Source: Bergeyella sp.
GTDB lineage: Bacteria; Bacteroidota; Bacteroidia; Flavobacteriales; Weeksellaceae
Length of the DNA stretch: 64,000 bases
Direction: 5' to 3'
Assembly: GCA_049841315.1 (NCBI GenBank)
Contig: JASGDB010000014.1
Span: forward strand, 1,697 to 65,696
Shown: piece after piece, positions 27,047 through 37,583 of the stretch
How positions within the stretch are numbered: position 1 is the stretch's first letter
How the letters are laid out: every line of letters begins with the position of its first letter
Program-made: the position numbers and the translations under genes
The notes under the pieces: model-generated
The model's input: only the letters and a program-made list of their open reading frames with translations
Told to the model about the DNA's origin: nothing
Databases searched by the model: none

Positions 27047-27331
27047 TTATTTCTTCACAGAAACCACATAATCATACACCAGCTGATGCTGTTCGTCAGT
27101 CAATTTTGCTTTCGGAGCCATGGCATTCATGATTCCGACCCATTCCACAGAAGTAAATTTTGTCGGGTCATACAAATCATGACATTTTCCGCAGGAATTT
27201 TCGTAAATCGTTTTTCCCTGAGCCAGCATTTCTTCTGTAATTACACTTGTTTCCGCAACAGGAACAGCTTTTGGACTGCATGATGTGAAAAGTACAACAG
27301 CAAAAGCAGACAGAACAATAACTCTTTTCAT
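27047..27331 (-). CDS. Small c-type cytochrome lipoprotein
   Basis: 94 aa. Signal plus lipobox (LFTSC) and a single haem-binding CGKCH motif. Confidence 0.65.
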   Translation of the reverse strand: MKRVIVLSAFAVVLFTSCSPKAVPVAETSVITEEMLAQGKTIYENSCGKCHDLYDPTKFTSVEWVGIMNAMAPKAKLTDEQHQLVYDYVVSVKK

Positions 27332-27424
27332 TTTTATCAGATTAGGTTCTGAACAAAAATAAAGAATTTATTTAACTCCAAACTTAGAACCTTAAACTTT
27401 AAACAAAAAATCAGTATTTTTGAA

Positions 27425-28402
27425 ATGATGAAATTTTCAACCGAAGAACTGCTGAACGGAATCCGCTCCGGAGACAAAAGACTGCTGTCCAAAGCCATCA
27501 CACTGATTGAAAGCAAAAAGCCTGAACACCGCGAACAGGCGGAAGAACTGCTGAAACTCGTGATGCCTTACAGCGGTAATTCTGTGCGAGTCGGGATTAC
27601 GGGAGTTCCGGGAGCAGGAAAATCAACGTTCATCGAAAGTTTCGGACGAATCGCCATTCAGAAAGGGAAAAAAGTGGCTGTTCTGGCTATTGACCCAAGC
27701 TCATCACTGAATAAAGGCTCTATTTTAGGCGACAAAACCAGAATGGAAGAACTGGCGAAAGAAGAAAACGCTTTTATCCGCCCTTCCCCGAGTTCGGGAT
27801 TTCTCGGCGGAGTTGCCAATACGACTTTTGAAACCATGCTTTTGTGCGAAGCAGCCGGCTATGATTATATCCTTATCGAAACCGTCGGAGTAGGGCAGAG
27901 CGAGGTTTTGGTTGCCGATATTTCGGATGTTTTTCTGTTTATAAAAATCATCGGCGGAGGAGATGAGCTTCAGGGAATCAAACGCGGAATTATGGAAATG
28001 GTCGATATTATTTTCATTAATAAAGTGGAGGAAGACAATCTCCAGAAAGCCAAAAATACCAAACTCGAACTGAAACGGGCATTGCATTTTATTCCGCCAA
28101 AGGAAAAAGACTGGACGATTCCCGTTCTGCTCGGCTCAGCTTTGAAAAATACGGGATTGGATGAAGTTTACGATACTATTTCGGATTTCATCAATTTGAA
28201 AAAGAAGTCGGGGAGATTTAGAGAAGTGAGAAAACAGCAGGCGGAAAAACGCTTTGATTACTGGGTTCAGGAATATATTTTACAGAAAACCCGAAGCAGT
28301 TCCGCAGATATTTCTTATGATGAATTCAAAAAAAATGCTTCCGAACAGAAATCCAATCCGAGTTCGGAAGCAAAGAAATTTGTAGACCGTTTATTTTCCT
28401 GA
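27425..28402 (+). CDS. meaB: Methylmalonyl-CoA mutase-associated GTPase MeaB (ArgK)
   Basis: 325 aa. GITGVPGAGKSTFIE, VAVLAIDPSS, and ETVGVGQSE followed by NKVEEDN fit the G3E GTPase MeaB. Confidence 0.9.
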   Translation: MMKFSTEELLNGIRSGDKRLLSKAITLIESKKPEHREQAEELLKLVMPYSGNSVRVGITGVPGAGKSTFIESFGRIAIQKGKKVAVLAIDPSSSLNKGSILGDKTRMEELAKEENAFIRPSPSSGFLGGVANTTFETMLLCEAAGYDYILIETVGVGQSEVLVADISDVFLFIKIIGGGDELQGIKRGIMEMVDIIFINKVEEDNLQKAKNTKLELKRALHFIPPKEKDWTIPVLLGSALKNTGLDEVYDTISDFINLKKKSGRFREVRKQQAEKRFDYWVQEYILQKTRSSSADISYDEFKKNASEQKSNPSSEAKKFVDRLFS

Positions 28403-28939
28403 TGTAGGATTTTTGGTTTCCGTAACATAGCCGTCGTACGAAATCGCCTGCCTGTCGTTGCTGTTGATGGAAACAAAGGCTTTTCCTCCCGGGAAAACCT
28501 CCAGAAACAGTTGCTGTACGCGGCTCACATCACCAAAAGTAAAAATCCACACACTTTTTTTGTTATTACTTTTAGAGGTATCTATTCGGAATTTTTCTGA
28601 AGTAAAATCATAAGAACTGCCTTTCGGGTCCATGCTTGCGGTATACATTCTTCCGAAATACGGCAGGCGTACACTTACTTTTTCGGGACTTACCTCCATC
28701 GTGTAGCCGGAATCGAGATTCAAAACCCGTGAAGCACCGCCTCCGGAAGGGAAAGTGGTGTTGAGGACATTAATAACATCCATATTAGAAGGATTGGCGC
28801 GCTCTGCAACGAAAGTAAAAGTTCCGCTTTCCAGAAGTGCTTTGGTCTGGGTTGGTTCCTGATATATTTTATTGCTGCTGCAGGAAGAAAAAACGAACAG
28901 CAGGACAGTGAAAATGCTTAATGAAATTATCTTTTTCAT
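28391..28939 (-). CDS. DUF4251-like lipoprotein
   Basis: 182 aa. The lipobox is VFSSC. The pattern GTFTFVAERANP...LNLDSGYTMEVSPEKVSVRLPYFGR is typical of that family. It has a 12-bp convergent overlap with meaB. Confidence 0.6.
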   Translation of the reverse strand: MKKIISLSIFTVLLFVFSSCSSNKIYQEPTQTKALLESGTFTFVAERANPSNMDVINVLNTTFPSGGGASRVLNLDSGYTMEVSPEKVSVRLPYFGRMYTASMDPKGSSYDFTSEKFRIDTSKSNNKKSVWIFTFGDVSRVQQLFLEVFPGGKAFVSINSNDRQAISYDGYVTETKNPTSGK

Positions 28940-29066
28940 GATGGTTCTTTTTTATAGTTTGAAAGTTATCAAAATTTATGCAAATGTGTGTCTAAAGTTT
29001 TGTTAAATTTGAGCCAACATTGGAATAATAATTGTTAACTCATTTTCACAAATAAATATCTGAACT

Positions 29067-29873
29067 ATGAAATTATACAAAATTTTGGGAGTTGGAGCGG
29101 TATCGGCACTATTGTTTGCATGTACCACCAATCCTATCACAGGAAGGAAATCTATACAGATTGCCAACAATCAGGAACTTTCAACGATGGCTGTACAGCA
29201 GTATAAGCAGACCCTTACCCAATCAAAAGTGGTTACCGGAACTTCGCAGGCAACATCCGTAAAAAATGTGGGATTAAGAATTAAAAATGCCGCAGAAAAT
29301 TATTACAAAAATATCGGAAGAACCTCGGATTTAGCAAACTATCAGTGGGAATTCAATCTTATTGATGATGCGCAGGTGAACGCATGGTGTATGCCGGGCG
29401 GGAAAGTTGCGGTTTACACAGGAATTCTACCCGTTACGAAAGACGATACGGGTTTGGCGGTTGTAATGGGACATGAAGTTTCCCACGCATTGGCAGGACA
29501 CGGAAACGAAAGAATTTCCCAGCAGATGATGGCACAGTACGGAGGAGCAATTCTGGGAAGTACGATTTCCAGTGCACAGTGGCAGCAGATTTTCCAGCAG
29601 GCGTATCCTATTGGGGCGCAGGTAGCGCTCTTGAAATATGGAAGAAATCAGGAGCTGGAAGCTGATGAAATGGGACTTTATCTGATGGCAATGGCAGGAT
29701 ACGACCCAAGACAGGCACAGCCGTTCTGGCAGAGAATGGAAGCGACATCTTCAGGAAGCGGAACTCCGGAATTCCTTTCCACTCACCCGAGCCCTGAAAA
29801 CAGATGTGCGGATATTGAAAAACATCTTCCGAAAGCATTGGAATATTACAAAGCCGCCGGAGGAAAACTCTAA
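29067..29873 (+). CDS. M48-family zinc metallopeptidase (lipoprotein)
   Basis: 268 aa. The lipobox is LLFAC. The zinc site is HEVSHALAGH with a downstream E (ELEADEMG). Confidence 0.85.
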   Translation: MKLYKILGVGAVSALLFACTTNPITGRKSIQIANNQELSTMAVQQYKQTLTQSKVVTGTSQATSVKNVGLRIKNAAENYYKNIGRTSDLANYQWEFNLIDDAQVNAWCMPGGKVAVYTGILPVTKDDTGLAVVMGHEVSHALAGHGNERISQQMMAQYGGAILGSTISSAQWQQIFQQAYPIGAQVALLKYGRNQELEADEMGLYLMAMAGYDPRQAQPFWQRMEATSSGSGTPEFLSTHPSPENRCADIEKHLPKALEYYKAAGGKL

Positions 29874-29942
29874 TTTAAAACTAAATCATACAGCTTCCCG
29901 AATTTTTCATACATTTGGGAAGTTTTTAATATCCATATTCTT

Positions 29943-30263
29943 ATGAGAAGTTTGACATTAATAGGATTTATCTGCATCGGTATTGCCGCTGTTTTGTTTT
30001 ATTTCAATCCGAATTTTAAGTTTATTAACCTTTTTGAACCGACTACTTTGATGGGAATTCTTGCGGGAATTGGTCTTGGGCTGCTTCTCGGAAGCATCGT
30101 AGGATATATCAGTAAAGGTTCGGCAATCAGGGAAGAACAAAAAAGAAAAGAAATGAAGCAGCTGCAAAAGGAAAAACAGGAATTAGAAAAGCAGGCGGCA
30201 GAGCTGGCAAAACTGAAAAGTGAAGCCGAACAGCATATAACAACAGAAAATCCTCAGAATTAA
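29943..30263 (+). CDS. Hypothetical small membrane protein with C-terminal coiled coil
   Basis: 106 aa. Two TM helices followed by a K/E/Q-rich helix. No family was recognised. Confidence 0.5.
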   Translation: MRSLTLIGFICIGIAAVLFYFNPNFKFINLFEPTTLMGILAGIGLGLLLGSIVGYISKGSAIREEQKRKEMKQLQKEKQELEKQAAELAKLKSEAEQHITTENPQN

Positions 30264-30301
30264 TTCTAAGGATTTTTTATTTCGGTTTAATGCGATGATT
30301 T

Positions 30302-30925
30302 CTAAAACTCATAGCCGAGACCAAGGATGAAGAAACTCGGTCTGTTGTCGTATCTAATTGTATTATCTTCTCCGACAGTTGTATCAATGTATTCGCGTTC
30401 GTCTTCGTTGAAAGCACCTTCATAGCGGGCAGTAATAATCAGTTTGCTGATTTTAGCCTGAGCCCCGAACTGATAGCCGACTGTAAATTCCTTACCGGCT
30501 TTTTCCTGAAATTCACCGAAAGTAGTTTCGGAATTCACATTGAAGCTGGCAACCGGCCCGGCGTAAATTCCTAAATTTTTCCCGGCTACATTAAGTCCTA
30601 ACAGTACAGGAACGTCAATCCTGCTTGTTTTGGCTTCCAGTTCCGTTTTTGATTCTGCTTCAACAACGGTATTTTTAAAATTGGTGTAATAGATTTCCGG
30701 CATTATAAAAAAAGAGGTCGGAGTATCAAATTTAAAGGAAAATCCGGCGTTGAAGCCCGTGCTGTTTTCTCCTTTCGTTTCGTAAGCTGTCGTAGCCGCA
30801 TCTTTCAGGTTTTTCCATGAAGCGGAACTTGTAGGAATCAGTAAATTCGCTTTTCCGGCAAACGAAACCTGTGAAAAACCTAATGCTGATATGCCAATAA
30901 ACAGTGTGCTAAGAATTCTTTTCAT
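30302..30925 (-). CDS. Outer-membrane beta-barrel (porin/OmpW-like) protein
   Basis: The track ORF extends to 30976. I prefer the ATG at 30925 (MKRILSTLFIGISALGFSQ signal). It has alternating beta-strand patterning and a terminal ...GLGYEF. Confidence 0.7.
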   Translation of the reverse strand: MKRILSTLFIGISALGFSQVSFAGKANLLIPTSSASWKNLKDAATTAYETKGENSTGFNAGFSFKFDTPTSFFIMPEIYYTNFKNTVVEAESKTELEAKTSRIDVPVLLGLNVAGKNLGIYAGPVASFNVNSETTFGEFQEKAGKEFTVGYQFGAQAKISKLIITARYEGAFNEDEREYIDTTVGEDNTIRYDNRPSFFILGLGYEF

Positions 30926-31727
30926 TTTCTGAAGGTTTAGTGATGATGTTTTCGATTGAGGTCTTGTTGTTGTCAAGGAGATATTCTCTCAGTTCCTTGA
31001 ACAACTCTGAAGAATAAACGAAATCAATAAGGTTTTTATTGCCTGCTGTGATGAGGATGTCCTTGTTTCCTTCCCACTCTTTCACGCCTTTGCGCAGGTA
31101 AACGATTTTCTCGCCGATGGTCATTACCGAGTTCATATCGTGCGTGTTGATAATCGTCGTCGTATTATATTCTTTCGTGATTTCCACGAGAAGGTCGTCA
31201 ATCACATTGGAAGTATAAGGGTCGAGCCCGGAGTTCGGTTCATCGCAGAACAGGTATTTCGGGTTGTTGACAATCGCTCTTGCAATCGCCACCCTTTTCT
31301 GCATTCCTCCTGAAATTTCGGAGGGAAATTTTTTATTGGCCTTGTCTAAATGAACACGCCCGATGACTTCAAAAACTCTTCTTTTCTTTTCACGGAAGGT
31401 AAGATTGGAAAACATATCCAAAGGAAAAGAAATGTTTTCTTCCACCGTAAGGGAATCAAAAAGCGCACTTCCCTGAAAAACCGTTCCGATTTCCGAGCGC
31501 AGCTGTTGCTTGTCATTCGGAGTCATGAGAGTGATATCCCTTCCGTCAAAAAGGATTGTTCCCGATGTAGGTTCATATACATTCAGCAGGGATTTCAGGA
31601 ATACGGTTTTCCCCGAACCGCTCTGCCCGATGATGAGGTTCACTTTTCCGGTATCAAAAGTGGTGGAAATGCCTTTCAGGATTTCGTTTCCGTCAAAGCT
31701 CTTTTTAAGTTCTTTTACTTCAATCAT
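30909..31727 (-). CDS. ABC transporter ATP-binding protein (MlaF-like)
   Basis: 272 aa. Walker A is GQSGSGKTV, the signature is ISGGMQKRVAIARA and Walker B is LFCDEPNSGLDP. It is adjacent to a MlaE-like permease. Confidence 0.85.
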   Translation of the reverse strand: MIEVKELKKSFDGNEILKGISTTFDTGKVNLIIGQSGSGKTVFLKSLLNVYEPTSGTILFDGRDITLMTPNDKQQLRSEIGTVFQGSALFDSLTVEENISFPLDMFSNLTFREKKRRVFEVIGRVHLDKANKKFPSEISGGMQKRVAIARAIVNNPKYLFCDEPNSGLDPYTSNVIDDLLVEITKEYNTTTIINTHDMNSVMTIGEKIVYLRKGVKEWEGNKDILITAGNKNLIDFVYSSELFKELREYLLDNNKTSIENIITKPSENEKNS

Positions 31728-32479
31728 CAGCTGAGGAGCATTTGGGTTAAAAATAATTCAGAAATAATGATGAACACCATTGTCCACACCACCGCCTGCG
31801 TGCTTGCCCGTCCTACTTCCAGCGAACCTCCTTTCACATAATATCCGAAATAGGAAGGCACGGTAGCAATGATAAAGGCAAAAACCAAAGTCTTGATAAA
31901 AGCATAATAAATAAAGAGATTCGGCATATACATCTGGATTCCGGTGGTGAACTCTGCGGAAGTCCAGTTTCCGGTAAATTCTCCGGCAAGATACGCCCCG
32001 AAAATCCCCACGCAGATACTGATGGCAATCAATAAAGGATTGAAAAATACACAGGCAATGATTTTCGGAAAAATAAGAAAATTGGCGGAGTTCACTCCCA
32101 TGATGTCGAGTGCGTCAATCTGTTCGGAAACCCTCATTGTTCCGATGCTTGAGGCGATATAAGAGCCTACTTTTCCGGCAAGGACAAGGCTGATAATCGT
32201 TGGCGAAAATTCCAGAATCAATACCACTTTTGTAGCGTATCCCACAAACGCATTCGGAATCGGGAAGCTCGAAGCATCGAAGTTATTGTACATCTGTATC
32301 GCAACCACTGCTCCTACAAAAATGGAAGTAAAAGTAACCAGCCCGAATGAGTTCACGCCCAAGTCATAGATTTCTCGCATTAAATCCTTCATGAACACTC
32401 TCATTTTCTGAGGAGATTTCAAAGAATCGCCTACCAGAAGAATATAAGAGCCGATATGTTCAAAAAATTTTTTTAGCAT
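31727..32479 (-). CDS. MlaE-family ABC transporter permease
   Basis: 250 aa, polytopic. The motif GTMRVSEQIDALDIMGVN is typical of MlaE/Ttg2B permeases. Confidence 0.85.
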   Translation of the reverse strand: MLKKFFEHIGSYILLVGDSLKSPQKMRVFMKDLMREIYDLGVNSFGLVTFTSIFVGAVVAIQMYNNFDASSFPIPNAFVGYATKVVLILEFSPTIISLVLAGKVGSYIASSIGTMRVSEQIDALDIMGVNSANFLIFPKIIACVFFNPLLIAISICVGIFGAYLAGEFTGNWTSAEFTTGIQMYMPNLFIYYAFIKTLVFAFIIATVPSYFGYYVKGGSLEVGRASTQAVVWTMVFIIISELFLTQMLLS

Positions 32480-32559
32480 GATGCGAAATTACAGTTTTAA
32501 TTTTTGACAGTGAAATTTAACGGAATAAATGTATTTCGTAACCGTTCCGCACCTCGTCT

Positions 32560-33936
32560 TCAATTTGCATTTTTATCTCCTTTGAATACGAGAAACAGTG
32601 TTTTCAGGATAATCACCATATCCAGCACGAAGCTCCAGTTTTTCACGTAGAAAGTGTCGGCAAGAACCCTTTTCTGCATTTCAATCTGCATATCATCACC
32701 GCTGTCTCCGCGTAATCCGTTTACTTGCGCCAGCCCTGTAATTCCGGGTTTTACGTGGCTTCTTACGGAATATCTTCCGATTTTTAATTTATAATAATCG
32801 TCTACCAGAAGCATGTGCGGTCTCGGTCCTACGGCGGACATATCTCCCAAAAGTACATTAATGAACTGGGGCATTTCATCGAGACTTGTTTTGCGAAGAA
32901 ATTTTCCGATTCGGGTGATGCGGGAATCGTTCTTTTCCGTAGTTTTGGAGGAAGAATTTCCGTTGGCGTACATGGTTCTGAATTTCAAACAATTAAAAAT
33001 TTCGTCATGAAAGCCGTATCGTTTTTGAACAAAAAATACCGAACCTTTACTGTCTAATTTAATCAATAAAGCAATCAGCGGAAACAGCCATGAACAGATG
33101 AAAACCAACACAATTACGGAAAAAAGAATATCAAATGTTCTTTTAATGATAAAATTGGTGAGATAATCCAGCGGAAATTTTGTTTGCGAAAGCACCGGCT
33201 GTGTTTCAATATAGGTAAGGTCGTAGCGGAAAAAATTATTCTGTACGATGTTGGGAATCAGGGAAATCCTTATTTTATGATTTTCTGCTTCACGGAAAAG
33301 CTGTTTTTCAAAATCGTGTTCCATTTCGGAATATTCTGAAGGAAGGTACACGGTGTGAATCCCGTAGGTTTCCCAGAACTCTACTAATTCCCCGATTTTA
33401 TAGCCCCTGTTTTCAGGATAATCGAAAATTTTAAAACCATAATCTTTTCTTTGGGCAAGGATGTTTTTCAGTACTTCTGATGAAGAATTTTCCGAGAGAA
33501 ACATCACATTTCTGTGGTTGTATCCTCTTGCCCTTATGTATTTCAGAAAATAAAAGACAAATGATTTTACGATGAAAAGTGCGATGAATAAAGCTCCGGC
33601 AATAAAAAAACGGTCTTGTTTCAGCAATTCGTGGTCGCTTACTTTTGCAATCAGAATCACGCCCAAAATAAAGATGATAATGTGCGTAATCAGCCTTTCG
33701 AGATACAAAGTATAGGTGAGATTTCGGGGAATGCTGTACAGTTTCGTGCGCCCGCTGAGCAAAACCCAGAACAGAATGAAAATAATAATGAGAACCCAAT
33801 TCTGCTCCCGAATCATTTCTTCCAACCGGAAATCTCTGTTTCTCAGGAAAAAATAAATAAAAACCGCTGTAATGATTACAACGTCTGCAAAAATGAAAAA
33901 ACTCTTTAAATATCTTGAATACCGTATTCTCTGCAT
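32560..33936 (-). CDS. Polyprenyl-phosphate glycosyl-1-phosphate transferase (exopolysaccharide initiating sugar transferase, WcaJ/WbaP-like)
   Basis: 458 aa. N-terminal TM helices, then a C-terminal bacterial sugar-transferase domain (KRTFDILFS..., LDEMPQFINVLLGDMSAVGPRPH, GITGLAQVNGLRG). Confidence 0.85.
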   Translation of the reverse strand: MQRIRYSRYLKSFFIFADVVIITAVFIYFFLRNRDFRLEEMIREQNWVLIIIFILFWVLLSGRTKLYSIPRNLTYTLYLERLITHIIIFILGVILIAKVSDHELLKQDRFFIAGALFIALFIVKSFVFYFLKYIRARGYNHRNVMFLSENSSSEVLKNILAQRKDYGFKIFDYPENRGYKIGELVEFWETYGIHTVYLPSEYSEMEHDFEKQLFREAENHKIRISLIPNIVQNNFFRYDLTYIETQPVLSQTKFPLDYLTNFIIKRTFDILFSVIVLVFICSWLFPLIALLIKLDSKGSVFFVQKRYGFHDEIFNCLKFRTMYANGNSSSKTTEKNDSRITRIGKFLRKTSLDEMPQFINVLLGDMSAVGPRPHMLLVDDYYKLKIGRYSVRSHVKPGITGLAQVNGLRGDSGDDMQIEMQKRVLADTFYVKNWSFVLDMVIILKTLFLVFKGDKNAN

Positions 33937-33970
33937 GTTTCCTTTTCAGTGAGGTAAATGTACTACAAAT

Positions 33971-34603
33971 TTACGGAATATTCAGATATTTATGCGTTTG
34001 TATTGAAGAACGCCATCTCGGGTTTTCCAAAATAAAATCCGTGATTTTCGGATAATTTTCCTCGCGCTTGCTCCATTCCGATTGCAAATAAAGTTCGCAG
34101 TTTTCGCCTACTTTTTCCGCTTGTTGTTGCGCAAATGTAAAATCGTGATTGTTGAAAATAATGACTTTCAGTTCGTTGGCTTTTGCATAAATTTCCTCTT
34201 TCGGAAGTCCGGTTTTTTTCGGCGAAAGCGTAATCCAGTCCAGAATCCCGCTCATCGGATATGCTCCCGAAGTTTCAATATGAATGGTGCAGCCGAGTTC
34301 TTTTAATTTTTTGGTCAAAATTTCAAGATTCCACATCAATGGTTCGCCGCCTGTCAGAACAATGGTTTTGCAGTATTTTGCGGCGGTTTCGGCAATTTCT
34401 TCAGCATTCATCAACGGATGAATTTCGGGATTCCAACTTTCCTTCACATCGCACCAATGACAGCCGACATCGCAACCGCCCAATCTGATGAAATACGCCG
34501 CTTTTCCGGCGTGAAATCCTTCACCCTGAATTGTGTAAAAATGCTCCATCACGGGAAGCATTTTCCCTTCATTTAATAAAATATTTTCTTCTTCTTTGGT
34601 CAT
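33971..34603 (-). CDS. queE: 7-carboxy-7-deazaguanine synthase (radical SAM)
   Basis: 210 aa. TIQGEG..., and IRLGGCDVGCHWCD (CxxxCxxC cluster). Confidence 0.85.
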   Translation of the reverse strand: MTKEEENILLNEGKMLPVMEHFYTIQGEGFHAGKAAYFIRLGGCDVGCHWCDVKESWNPEIHPLMNAEEIAETAAKYCKTIVLTGGEPLMWNLEILTKKLKELGCTIHIETSGAYPMSGILDWITLSPKKTGLPKEEIYAKANELKVIIFNNHDFTFAQQQAEKVGENCELYLQSEWSKREENYPKITDFILENPRWRSSIQTHKYLNIP

Positions 34604-34681
34604 TTTATAGTGCTTATCGCTATTGGCTTTCGGTCTTTATCTTTAATTGAATTTTTTTCAGAACAATTACTTATTTTGTTT

Positions 34682-36526
34682 TTATTTTGGGGCTTTAGGC
34701 GGTTCGGGAATATTCCATTCTGTGTTTTCTTTAAATTCCTTTTGCGAAATTTCTTTTATCTTCTCTCCGTTTTCTTTTATCTGATAATATTTTTTGCCTT
34801 CTTTTGCGAAAATGAATCCGCTCTCTTCATCTGCTCCGAATCCAAAAGACCGATGCGGAAGAATTTTGTCATATTTAAAAGGACAAAGCGTTTGGTTATC
34901 AATAGTAAGAATGCCGTATTTATTGTTTCTTCTTGCGAAAATCAAATTCATTCTTTGCCGGAAATCTTCATAAACTGGAGGAATTATGGTTTTAAAAGTT
35001 TCATATTCTATCAATCCGGTTTTTCCGTTTTTAACGATGAAATGCCGGTTTTTCGGACCGTATTCTACCCAATTTGAAATTTCGTCGTATTCTATCGGCA
35101 AAAGGATTTTTTTGTTGATATCAATAATTCCGAATTTTTTGTTTTTGGCAACAATCAGTTTGCTGTGATTGTAAAAAATCGGTGTAATGGAATTGTATCC
35201 GTCAATAATCACGTTGTTATTGATGTCTATTAATTTTCCGTCGGCAATAAAAAGAAATTGATTTCTGAGTTTTTCATCATCAAATTTGTCGTAAACGGAA
35301 TCAAGAAACTTATATTTTATCGGAATTTTTATTTTTCCGTCTTTTGAAATCACACCATAATTTTCTCCTTTTTTTGCCATTAAGAAAGATGAGGGTTCAA
35401 TCTTGTTTATTTCGTCGTATTCAAAAGGAATAATAGTATTTCCCTGCCAATCGGCAATTCCGTATTTTCCTTTCAGATTTTTATAGGTAATGGTGGGATT
35501 TTCGATAGTAAAGTCATTATAAATAGGCTCATAAGATTCTCCTATTTTTTTTAGATTTTTGTTATAAATGGAAAAAATTTTCCCTTTTCTTGCGTTGTAA
35601 TACTCGGAATTCAAATGATTGGTGTCATAATATTCAATAAAATCATATTCCAAAGGAACTTTGAATTCTCCGTCGGGTTTTATCATTCCATATTTTCCGT
35701 TTCTTTTTACAATAGCGTTTTGATAGGTATCAAAAACCGTTGCGGAATCGAATTTGTTGTTTTTAAAAGCGGGTTCTGCTTTTTCATTAATGAATTCATA
35801 CTTTCCGTTTTTCAGAACAAGTGCCGCTCCGTTTTTAAAGAAAGTGCTTTTATCACGAGTAAAAATATCTTTGGTAAAATCAAATTTATATGCCCTGAAA
35901 AGTTCATCATAAATAAATTCCGAAATCTGCTTGCTTTTATTATCAAAAAATGCCCATTTTTTATTTTTCTTTACAGCTACAATTTCATCTAATTGCTCGT
36001 ATTTGGCATCATCATAAATAATCGGAATAATTTCTTTCCCGTTTTTGTCAATAAAACCGTGTTTCCCATTTTTGGAAACAGGCGCAAGTCCGCTTTTTTC
36101 AAAATATAGAACTTCGTCATAAATCAAGGGAATTACAGGTTTTCCGCTTTCGTCAATAAATCCCCATTTTTTATTTTTACGAATTGCCGCTCTTCCTTCT
36201 GTAAAAATTCTTGCTTCATCATAATCACCTTCTATTTTCAAGTTTTTTTTCGTGATGAAAAATTCTTTATTGTTGTTTTTTGCATAAGCCAGTCCATTTT
36301 CAAACGGATTCAGAAAATCATATTCAAATGGAATAACAACGGAGCTATCTTTATCAATAAATCCCCATTTATCAGGGTTATTAAGTTTTACTCTGTACCA
36401 GCCTGTTTCAGAATCTATTTCGGAATAATAAATATTTTTTCGGGAAAGGTCAAATTTCCCGGACTCCTGAGATTTGGAATCACAAGAAAATAGAATCAGA
36501 ATAAATAGAAAAACAAAATTTTTCAT
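34682..36526 (-). CDS. WG-repeat (KWG) containing lipoprotein
   Basis: 614 aa. The lipobox is ILFSC. There are more than 12 repeats of the ..GKWGFID..GK.VIPF.YD.. type. By eye it is visibly more AT-rich than its neighbours. Confidence 0.75.
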   Translation of the reverse strand: MKNFVFLFILILFSCDSKSQESGKFDLSRKNIYYSEIDSETGWYRVKLNNPDKWGFIDKDSSVVIPFEYDFLNPFENGLAYAKNNNKEFFITKKNLKIEGDYDEARIFTEGRAAIRKNKKWGFIDESGKPVIPLIYDEVLYFEKSGLAPVSKNGKHGFIDKNGKEIIPIIYDDAKYEQLDEIVAVKKNKKWAFFDNKSKQISEFIYDELFRAYKFDFTKDIFTRDKSTFFKNGAALVLKNGKYEFINEKAEPAFKNNKFDSATVFDTYQNAIVKRNGKYGMIKPDGEFKVPLEYDFIEYYDTNHLNSEYYNARKGKIFSIYNKNLKKIGESYEPIYNDFTIENPTITYKNLKGKYGIADWQGNTIIPFEYDEINKIEPSSFLMAKKGENYGVISKDGKIKIPIKYKFLDSVYDKFDDEKLRNQFLFIADGKLIDINNNVIIDGYNSITPIFYNHSKLIVAKNKKFGIIDINKKILLPIEYDEISNWVEYGPKNRHFIVKNGKTGLIEYETFKTIIPPVYEDFRQRMNLIFARRNNKYGILTIDNQTLCPFKYDKILPHRSFGFGADEESGFIFAKEGKKYYQIKENGEKIKEISQKEFKENTEWNIPEPPKAPK

Positions 36527-36581
36527 AAGATTATATTCTTCAAATTAATGCTAATTGTCAACACTATAAATCAATCATCGA

Positions 36582-37466
36582 TTAATCATTATACACCGAA
36601 GTTTTATAAGCAATCAGCGTGTTTTTCATCAGCATTGCTCTGGTCATTGGTCCCACTCCGCCCGGAACAGGCGTAATCCAGCCGGCTTTTTTCTCGCAAC
36701 TTTCAAAATCCACGTCGCCTGCCAGGTGATATCCTTTCTCGGAATCGTCATCAACACGCGTAATTCCGACATCAATAATGACAGCACCGTTTTTTATCAT
36801 TTCGCCTTTCAGGAAATTCGGGTCGCCGAGTGCGGTTATCACAATATCGGCGTTTTTCGTATATTCTTCAATATGTTCCGTGTAAGAATGTGTGAGCGTA
36901 ACGGTGGAATTTCCGGGGAAATCTTTCCGCCCCATCAAGATGCTCATCGGTTTTCCCACAATCCGGCTTCGTCCGATGATGACGCAGTTTTTTCCTTTCG
37001 TTTCAATGTTGTAGCGTTCCAATATTGTCAAAATTCCGTAAGGCGTTGCCGGAAGAAAAGTGTCCATTTCCAACGCCATTTTCCCGAAATTTTCGGGATG
37101 AAATCCGTCCACGTCTTTTCTCGGGTCTATTGCCATAATGATTTTTTCCTGGTCAATTTGTTTCGGCAACGGCAACTGAACGATGAATCCGTCCACCGCT
37201 TTTGATTTGTTGAGTTCCTCAATTTTTTCCAACAATTCGGCTTCGGAAACCGTGCTCGGGAATTTCAGAAGCGAAGAACGGAAACCGACTTCTTCGCAAT
37301 CTTTCACTTTGGAATTGACATACGCTTTGCTCGCACCGTTGTTTCCCACGAGAATTGCCACCAAATGCGGAGCGCGTCTTTTGTTTTCGAGGATTTTTTC
37401 GACTTCCGATTTTATTTCCCGTTTTATGGTTTTGGATAGTGATAATCCGTCAAGAATCTGAGCCAT
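36582..37466 (-). CDS. folD: Bifunctional methylenetetrahydrofolate dehydrogenase/methenyl-THF cyclohydrolase
   Basis: 294 aa. MAQILDGLSLSKTIK..., VGNNGASKAYVNSK, GFIVQLPLP, and GRSRIVGKPM. Confidence 0.92.
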   Translation of the reverse strand: MAQILDGLSLSKTIKREIKSEVEKILENKRRAPHLVAILVGNNGASKAYVNSKVKDCEEVGFRSSLLKFPSTVSEAELLEKIEELNKSKAVDGFIVQLPLPKQIDQEKIIMAIDPRKDVDGFHPENFGKMALEMDTFLPATPYGILTILERYNIETKGKNCVIIGRSRIVGKPMSILMGRKDFPGNSTVTLTHSYTEHIEEYTKNADIVITALGDPNFLKGEMIKNGAVIIDVGITRVDDDSEKGYHLAGDVDFESCEKKAGWITPVPGGVGPMTRAMLMKNTLIAYKTSVYND

Positions 37467-37476
37467 TTTTTGCTTT
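37444..37476. repeat. Direct repeat copy 1: functional start region of folD (first 8 codons plus 10 nt of leader)
   Basis: aatccgtcaagaatctgagccattttttgcttt is identical over 33/33 nt to 39275-39307. Weaker similarity continues for about 12 more nt after a 7-nt indel. Confidence 0.9.
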
Positions 37477-37583
37477 ATTTCACTTTATTTAGACTAAAAT
37501 CAATACGAAAATTAATATAAAGTATTGATTATCATGTGTTTTTTATGTTGTTATATTAAGTTTTATTATTTTTTTATTAATTA

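Noticed and set aside
30926-30976. N-terminal extension of the porin-like ORF (MTTTRPQSKTSSLNLQK)
   Set aside because: It would overlap the upstream ABC ATPase gene by 68 nt. The internal Met at 30925 is followed by a canonical signal peptide.
34610-35077. 155-aa plus-strand ORF opposite the WG-repeat gene
   Set aside because: It is antisense to a 614-aa repeat protein with clear WG-repeat periodicity, and its translation is an F/L/I-rich artefact of AT-rich DNA.
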